A stretch of DNA of 64,000 bases from the human T2T-CHM13v2.0 reference genome, Homo sapiens. The notes under the pieces were generated by a model. That model did no database searches. It saw only the letters and a list, made by a program, of their open reading frames with translations, and was not told the origin of the DNA. The DNA lies in NCBI RefSeq assembly GCF_009914755.1, contig NC_060933.1, one strand, 5' to 3'. Below, in pieces: positions 52,701-64,000 of the stretch (positions are counted from its first letter, which is position 1; each line of letters opens with the position of its first letter). The position numbers and the translations under genes are program-made.

Positions 52701-53773
52701 AATTATATAGAAGTAAACTGTTATAATTAATTCATATTATCAGAAATATATAGACTTATTCCCAAAGCATCTGGGTAGCTAGATATACTCAAGCATTGCT
52801 TTCCCAATTGTGACAAACATTCTTAAATATATACTTTATTTGAGGCCCTCTTGAATACCATGACTATTTAAATGACACTCCAACTGTTATTACCAATTTC
52901 ACACAAATGATGACAATATCTGAAAAAAGTTAACTCTAAAAATACATGAATTCCTATAAAATTAAGGCATAAGTATTTAATTACAAACAATGAACAAAAT
53001 TGAGTGATAACTCAAGAGCAAGGTGCAAGCTCATGAAAAGAAAATGTGAGAAATCAATATTCTAATAACATAATGCACGTTTATTATTTTTATTTAGAGA
53101 AATGATAAAGTCTGATAAAAATTTAAGATAGAAGACAAACTTTTTGAGGATCTTCCTTCCAATTAAAACATAATTAACTTAGAATAGCTTCAGAAATCCA
53201 AATGTTATTTTTTTAAGCCAAACTTTCAAAAATTTTAGAAACAATCCACCTTCCCCTCAGCTCATCACAGTTCTCTCTTCCTGAAACAAGAACACATTAC
53301 AGAAAATGGTTGTTACCCTCTAGTCTTTAATAATGTAAGGCAATGGGAGCAAGAGGAACAAAATAAAGTGACTCAGATATGTCTAAATAATTTTTCTAAA
53401 AAGAGCATTTCACTATTTTACCACATTCAGTAACAGTTTTTATAGTTTTAAAGGCAAACTGTGGTAGGTATTTGTTTTATCTGACAGGAGAAAATTGATT
53501 CTGAAAACAGAGGTAATGGCAGTTTTCTTTAGAGGGTGTCTTGAAAGATGAAAAGATCAAAATCTTAAAACATCAAACATCACATATAAAATGTTTCACT
53601 GAAAAAATGAAAACTACAGGAGTACATGAATAAGCAGTTAAAGATAACTTATATGTCTCAGAATGTATTACAGATCTATGGGGAAACATTTCCCATAAAT
53701 GCAAATAGTTTTCTATTTATATGGCAAAATTCAGCCTGAATTTAACACCAGAGAATAACCAAATGGAACTAGG

Positions 53774-54211
<438 letters not shown>

Positions 54212-56251
54212 TTTGTGTTTGTTTGTGTTTGTGTGTGTGTATGTCAATGTATGTTTTTCTTCAAAATCTTTGAAATCACAGGACTATCAATTTATGAAAC
54301 TGCCCAAAGAAGTTTACAACTATGATTTATTTCTTTTCGAAATGTTTGAACTTTCCTCTCTATCAAAAGAATATCATATATAAAAGCAAACACAGGATAG
54401 AAATTTATTCACTATGCTTTCAAATATCAAAAATATTAAGAAGCTATTCAACAGGAGTTCAGACATCTGGAAAATAACCCAATCAAAGTAAAACTGCCAA
54501 ACAATGGCCAAAACCACTACCAAAAGTTACATGAATGAAATCCCTTATCTTTTGCAACTAGATGGAAGAGTTGTCAAGCATCCACATAAATTCTAAAACC
54601 TTGACCTTCTTCTTCAATAGATTAAACACAGCAAATTAGAAAAAGGGTTTCAGGCAAAACCTGAGGGCATACATAAAGGATTGCGATCTTTTTCCAAAAG
54701 CAAATGAAAGGAAAGAAGGGTTTTGAAGGTAAATACAAGTGTGTGGGCACTTCGGTGCTTGCGGGCATGTGTACTGGGAGTGTATGTCGCTTATCACAAA
54801 ATTGGCATTAAAAAATGGCTTTTTAACTGCATTATGAAAAATGCATTGGGGAAAAGCAAAAAATAAGAATAAAGTGATGTAGGCATGTTATTTAGGATAG
54901 TACCGAGATAGCCCTGTGGCAAGATAAACTTACATTAGGAAGATGTAAGGAGATAGGGAGAAGTGGAAAAAGTTCAGAATAATTTGAATGTCAATTTTAC
55001 AAGGGTTGGTAATATTTTGAAGATGAGGAATGAAGGAGAATTATCAGGGATGGCTTTCTGAAATGTTATGATTGTTTGCATATGTTTTCAGTCATGTCTT
55101 CCCTTGGGAAGCAATGTCATGTATTTGAGGCACTCATGAAACAGTATGCCTCTATGAAGGACTCTCACCAATAGAGCTGCCCCTGGATGGAGCACAGCAC
55201 TAAGTACAAAGCAAGTGTCTGTCAGTTGAACACTGATCCAGCTTTTCCTTCAGGAATTGGCAAAAGGGGCTCGTAGAGCAAGCCGTTTGCCTCCTTATCT
55301 GCTTTGTCTCAGGATGAAGGCAAGAAATGTCTGCTTCAGCCTACACACGTGAGCTCAGCATCCTCACTACAGACGCACCAGAAGTTCCCTGGGAGCCAGT
55401 CTAGAATGGGTTGTAAATACCCATGGATTTGCATCAGTTTTCTCCACTAATAGCTCAATTCCTGCAATTTGAAGACAGTTGAGCATGCAAGGGTAGTTTC
55501 TCCCTAGCCAGAAAAGGAATTCACAAAATATTAGAGTATGACAGCCAATGGTCTCCTGAATAAGAGGAAGAATAATTTGAGTTGTGTTCCTATGAAGACA
55601 TGAAATTAAGAATCTCCTTATAGATAACTCACGGCTGTCACATTTTAATATACAACATGCCAATTAAATAGATATAAGTTTCCAATGATAAGATGATACT
55701 CAGAAGCGATGTAATAAAACCTTTTTCTTACATATTGAAAACAACCCAGAGCTGCTCATTTTCGTTTAGTTGTAATAGACTGACACATTGTTATAAATTT
55801 GGGAAACATACAATCTCTAATTCTTAACAAAGTGACAGCAAATTGACAACAAAAAAAGTTTTCTCAGCCTTGAATTCACTGGCATAGCAACATGACATAA
55901 TCCACCAATCCCCCAACAGCCACGAGTGGATGGTTTTGATGTTTACCACAAGATTAATGCCCCTTCAATTGCTCAGTGATGATGGCTATGAGGCTGCTGA
56001 ATAAATAATGTATGTGCATTCACTAAAGGAAGGAAGAATGTGTATTTCAGCCACTGATCCCTAATATAACCAATGCTATTTAAGTGTTTGTTGTTAATAA
56101 AGATAAAATACTATGCAATACAGCTTTGTATATTATACACGACAGGTTTTGTGAGCAAATTATAGTTACATGGGCACATGTTGTCATTTTTCCGGAATTA
56201 ACTCAGAAGATAAAATATAATCAAGAATGTTTCCCCAGTGGGAAAAAGACA

Positions 56252-56554
<303 letters not shown>

Positions 56555-56675
56555 AAAACATTTTAAATTTAGTTTTATTTTCATGGATATCATAGCCCAC
56601 CATAGTACTGGTTTTTGGGGGTTGAAGGTTCATAGACTTCCATTTGCTGGGAACCTATTGGGTATATCACATGCA

Positions 56676-57362
<687 letters not shown>

Positions 57363-58947
57363 TACATAAGTTGCATGATTTCTCACAGACTTAATCCTTT
57401 GACAATAACAGCTGGGTCATACTAAAGACAGTCCTTTTTTTTTTTTTTTTTTTTTTAATTGTCAGGAGGCACTTTTGTATCAAAGTGCCTTCTTCAAAGC
57501 TTAATTCACTTTCCTAAAACATGATGACCAGGGTTTCAGAACAAAACTTTCTGGGATATTCACTTTCCTGGTGCTTCTTAATATGACAGAGACTTAAACA
57601 TATTCTAGCACACACAATCGTAGTTTTTAAATGTTTATCTTGGTTGTGAGGAAAAAATGCAGCTAGTGGTAGATTTAACAAACAGCACATTGCTCCACTC
57701 TCACCTCTCTTTTACTCTCCAGAAATAATTTTTGTTGATTTTCAAATTCATTTCCCAACATCATGGATATTATTCGTTTTCATACTTATATTTTGTCCTT
57801 GACAAAGATAATATTGTTTGTTCAGACATACAGGGACCCATTTCTGATAATTCAGTTTTTCGTGATTCCAAATGGAACCTGTAACAGAGTTAATCGGGGG
57901 TACCTGGACTCCAGGATCCCTAAGTTCATGAGACAAGCTGTTTTCTGGATTATTCTTCTAAAAAGCAGATCAAATGGAAAACTTCTCAACAAAATTATTT
58001 ATGAATTGCAGGACATGAGGTAGTTCCGAGGAAAACCATGTATCTTGATAAAACGTATAACATTTCCTAGAACAGAGTCAACTATCACTGATTTCATCAC
58101 AGTGATTTTCAGAAGGCAAGGACTATACAGATCAACTGTTTTACAGTCAAAGTCATGCTCTTTGGTAAATATTCTGAAGTGTTTGACTATTTTCAATAAC
58201 TGAGTCTACAGAGACATTACCTCATTCAGTTTATTAAAGTACATTATTTCTACTGATTGATCACCATTGAAAGTTCAAATGGTGTTTAAAAGGGCCTTTT
58301 AGCTTTAAGTTGAATGAATGACATGGATACTTGTTTATAATTTCATAATAGTTTTTCAAGTTTGAATTATTATAGACATACTTTATGGTATAAATTGGTC
58401 ATTCCTTAATTTCCCATTAAGCCTGTTCAAGAAGAAATCCAACAAACTTTATACAAACTCTAGCTAAACGTAGAAGTGCTCACTTTGTCCACCTCAATTT
58501 ATCAGGTGGCTAGCCTATCCAAGCACATAATATCACCAACCTCTTTAGTTTTCATAAGAAGATGTACCTATTTAGCCTTAACACAGATCAGTGGTAACAT
58601 CTGAGATGCTTCACTTAACCGACCACATAGTGTTGCTTTCATCTGTACTTATCAGGGATCTCAATCTTAAAATGACAGTCAAAACAACTTGGCCAGAGGA
58701 GTAATATTTATGGAGAATTAGCTGAAGTTATGCAATTTCATCCACTCCTCCATATAATATAAAAACTGATTTTGGTTAGCTAAAGGATGAGAGAGCTAGA
58801 AACCAGGACTGTTTTCTCTCATCTGCTGGAGAACAGATTAAACTGACATGTGTTTTGTTATAATTCGACAGATTAACCTGAGGGACTTTAGCAAGCAACT
58901 GCCCTATAATGTTGTGAAATTAAACATGCATATGATGCAGAGAATAG

Positions 58948-59345
<398 letters not shown>

Positions 59346-59921
59346 ATACTATCATTTTTCTAAAGAACTGATTTGTTATTTATGTTATGGACATGATGCA
59401 TCTGTGTCACAGTTTCCCTCTTTCTCACGTCTAGAGATGTTAGTAGATTTGGAGCTAAAATTGTGGTTTATTTAGCAAAGGCACAGAAGTCCATGGCATG
59501 GACCGTATGCACGTTCCAACTATACTCCTAACATTAACCTGTCTTACTACAAAATTTTCCTGCTCCACTGTCATACCATTTTATCTTGCTATGTGAAACA
59601 TTCCTCCATAAACTCTTCTATCTCTTTGAAATAAAGTTATCATAGACACAGGCATAAATATTGTAGATACAACCTTTTAAAAATATATAATGTACAAAAG
59701 TGATGATCTGAAAGATGTCAGTACATGTCCAAATGAATCCACATTTCCCATAACAGTCTGAGAAATGTTAAAGTCACCCAAAGTTATGCTAAACCAAAAA
59801 CAATAAACTTATTAAAGTGAGCTTACCAGAAAGGATATAAAAAACTTAATTTAGTAAACACTAACTTAAAGGAAAAAATAAAGGAAGAAAGAAATAAAGA
59901 TAGGGTTAAATAGGCATAGTG

Positions 59922-60206
59922 GGCCAGGCATGGTCCCAGCACTTTGGGAGGCCAAGGTGGGCAGATTGCCTGATCTCAGGAGTTTGAGACCAGCCTGGGT
60001 AACATGGTGAAAACCAGTCTGTACAAAATATACAAAAATTAGCCTGGTGTGGTGGCATGTGCCTGTAGTACCAGCTACTCTCGGGGCTGAGGCAAGAAAA
60101 TTGCTTGGGCCCAGGAGGTTGAGGCTACAGTGAGCCGTGTTCACACCACCGCACTCCAGCCTGCGTGATGAGGTGGAATCCTATTTAAAAAAAAAAAAAA
60201 AAAAAA
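59922..60206 (+). mobile_element. Old Alu (J/S) with small 5' deletion
   Basis: ggccaggcatggtcccagcactttggg..A-tail. Confidence 0.85.
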
Positions 60207-60892
60207 GAGAGTGACTATTATTTCTATTTTAGAAAAGTCACAGGCATTGGATTTAATTCCAATATCAGCCCATGATAAAAATGATAAATATCACAAAGAT
60301 ATATACCCACACAAAAATACATATATAATTATGTGTGGATATGTATGTTTGTACAAAGCACATGTTTACATTACTTGCAGAAAATTATAATCACATTTAA
60401 CAAACATTAAATAGCAGTGTATTATTTGTTCAATTTAACAAATATTTATTGAACACCTCTCAGACTCTCTGTGTAAAACATTGCTCAGCACCTGACAGCT
60501 GCAAAAACAGTCCCTTAAAAGTTGTACCATGTAAGGTGAAAACGTGCATGTGAACACAGAAAATGTGTCAACTAATCAAACCCTAAGGGAGCACAGGGGT
60601 GAATAACGATTTTGCTGGAGACCAGAGAAGGTAGATCTAAGAGCATGAATATAATTTTGATAGAAATGTAGTAAAGGGCCTTCAAGGCACAGGGAAAAGT
60701 ATAATCTAAGGTCCAGGAAAGATTAAATAAGTGCGAGGTGGATTCAAGGTGAAATGCGGTCACTGCTTGAATGCTTTTGTTTGCGGACAGGGGTAGGAAG
60801 ACAGTGTGCAAGGTCTGTTGAAGGATGATGCAAAGATGGCTGGCCAGGTCCAACTGTGACAAGCTGGAAGGAATCTGGGGTTCATGTGTTAG

Positions 60893-61562
<670 letters not shown>

Positions 61563-64000
61563 TAAAAGAAAAATCTTCACATTCTAAAAAGCAATCTCTG
61601 TCAAGGGAGTGCAGTGAAGGGGGACAAAGAGAAAGCCCAGTTAGGTAGTTACTATATTAGTTTAAATGTGAGATGATAAAGTCTATGTGCGGATATAACA
61701 TAGAATTATAATTATGATCGTTGGAAGAGAAAGGAAGAGATGAGTTAGACGCATACTGGAGAAACATTCCACCAGTTTTAGGGAGTATTCATTTTACTTA
61801 AGGAAAAATGGGGTAAGAGTCAGTGTCAAGTTTCTAGCCTCTTAGTTCCTTCGTGAATGATGGTAGGTCAGCAGGCAGGGATGATGTCACTAATATAAAA
61901 GACACAAGAAGAGACAGAGAAAGGTCAAGATTTGTGTTTCTCTCATATGAAAATGACAGCTGGAATCATGCAGATGGATGAGATGACCCAGCAAAGAATT
62001 TACAGTGAGAAGAGTATGGGAAACAGGGGTTTTGCAATGTTCCAAGTATGTTTTCCACACAGTAACATTTTTGCATATTCCTATTAAATAACTAAAAGGG
62101 ATAAGAACAATTATATTATTTTGCATTGTAGATTTTAAACATAGAGAAAAATATGTGTGAATATTTGCCTTGTGAGGAGGGGCATATGAGAAAGTAATGC
62201 AACTTTGAGAGGGGAGATGAAGTAAAATAAACACAAGATATAAACCCCAAGGGAAATTATTTAAATAGGAAATATAAAATTATTCAAATTGTAAATTATC
62301 TAGGAAAAACACCCAATAATTCTAATGGTAGCTTAGGATATTGAGCCAATTTTTTAAAAATTATTACAAAAGAAAGATACTATTCTTAACTCTTGCTTCA
62401 AGCCATGCAATCAGACAAAAAGGGTACCATTTCAAGCTCTTTCATTTAGCGTATCTATATTCAGATCTCCATTCATATAGTTCCTGGCATGAAGCATCTG
62501 AAAGAAGATTAAAATTAATGTAGGAGTGCAACATTAAGACAAACATCACTGATTAACTTGAACTGAACCAAGCTCAAAGCAAAAGCCATAACAGGGAATC
62601 AGTCAGAATTGAAAAGAACAAATAGAAGACTTGTTTAGTTTTTACTGTATTCCCCAAGAATTTGAAAAATTTAGGGTCCAATTTATATTATTAGGAAAAC
62701 AAAAAGTTGTTTTTCATGTTCTATTGGCTTATGATTGCTCTGGCCTTTTAAATAGGCCTACATTCCAATATAAATATTGTCATGTTCCTAAGATTAGTAT
62801 AGATACCTTACATGTATATGGTACCTCCCAAATTTGAAGTGTCATGAGTATTAAATGATTTAATGCATGTATGGCACTCAAAAGTAGATTTGTCATATAG
62901 TAAATACTTTAAAAATTTACTATTACCACTACTGCTGCCACTACTGCTACTACTAGATTGTATGAGATTAACAGTAAAATCAAAACTATATTCTGCATTA
63001 TTTATTATAATTAGTTGCCCTGAAATATTTTAAGGCCATCAAAATCTTAGTTGGTTAAATGACCTACTGGATAATGTATCTACCATACACACAAACAGAT
63101 ACGTATGTGCTTATGTGCACACACATTCTCCAACATAATTTGTGGAAAGAGTAGCAACAAATTAAAGAAGAGATCATGATTTTCAATCACCTAAATAAAT
63201 CTAAATCCATATGCAAGAGAAACCTAGAAATATGGTATAATGTAACTGATAGTATAAAAGCTCAGCCCTAAGATTTCTTAATAGATCCATTGGCCCTATA
63301 GTCTACAGCTTTAACTATGAGAACTCCTGACAAGAACACCCAAGGCAGATCCAGTGTTCAATCTTTCTTTTGTACAGGCCTGGGTCAGGCTCTTTAGAGA
63401 AATAAGAACGCAACAGCACCAAGGCTGGGTATGAAAAGAATATTCTCTCCACGGGCCTGTCTTCGACAGTGAGCTTATGCTATAGCTCTCATAACAATTA
63501 CTCATCACCAACAATAGCATCCCAGTTCTGCAGTGACAGTGTGGTTGAATAGATTTCACTCCTGGCACTCCCATGATACCATAATGGCAAATCCCTATGA
63601 AAACATATGATAAGACTATCACTTGGGGGTGGTTTTTGCTCAATAGCTATTTTATTCCCTTGGAGTATTTTATCTTTCTTCATAATTATATCAAAGGGTA
63701 CATTTCTAATAACTGGTAATCCCTTCCTTAAGTGACTTTAACCTCCGTAGGCATTGGGCCCCATGACCCATAGCACAAACATATTTTGTAATTAAATTTT
63801 TTTTCAATTTCAGAAGCCATTGAGGAAATGTTCTGCTTTATATAATTGTTCTCCATTAACAGACATTTAATATGAAAGTTTTCATAATTTAAACCCATTT
63901 AATCTCATCCTTATATGCTTCATATCTCATTTTATTTTTGCTGTTTTCAACAATCAAAACCCTTATTATTATAGATAAGAGAGTATATGGCAGATCTTTT

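Noticed and set aside
57467-57490. 9-bp stem aggcacttt/aaagtgcct next to a T run, terminator-like
   Set aside because: Short enough to arise by chance; intrinsic terminators do not apply to Pol II introns

Overview
Human-type (primate) genomic DNA: AT-rich, CpG-depleted, with many Alu, MIR, L2, L1 and MaLR repeats. The window lies inside PTPRD (receptor protein tyrosine phosphatase delta), which is transcribed on the minus strand. I reconstructed 13 coding exons, all with AG/GT boundaries and consistent phases. They encode the ectodomain from Ig2 to the end of FNIII-5 and include the four known microexons meA3 (9 nt), meA6 (18 nt), meB (12 nt) and meC (27 nt). Bases 41325-64000 are part of a very large upstream intron, and 1-5406 are intronic. 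There is no promoter, CpG island, RNA gene or prokaryotic system, and most listed ORFs are Alu, microsatellite or composition artefacts. The most interesting signal is splicing architecture. The ~7.5 kb Ig2-Ig3 region (33822-41324) has no repeats I could recognise and is strongly U-rich on the transcribed strand. It holds several orphan microexon-like modules (16, 21, 26, 27 and 44 nt), a 66-nt in-frame exon extension, clustered RBFOX (UGCAUG) and QKI (ACUAAY) motifs, long AG-exclusion zones and strand-consistent RNA stems. These extra exons are sequence-based hypotheses that need junction-read evidence. Repeat boundaries and subfamilies were called by eye and are approximate.
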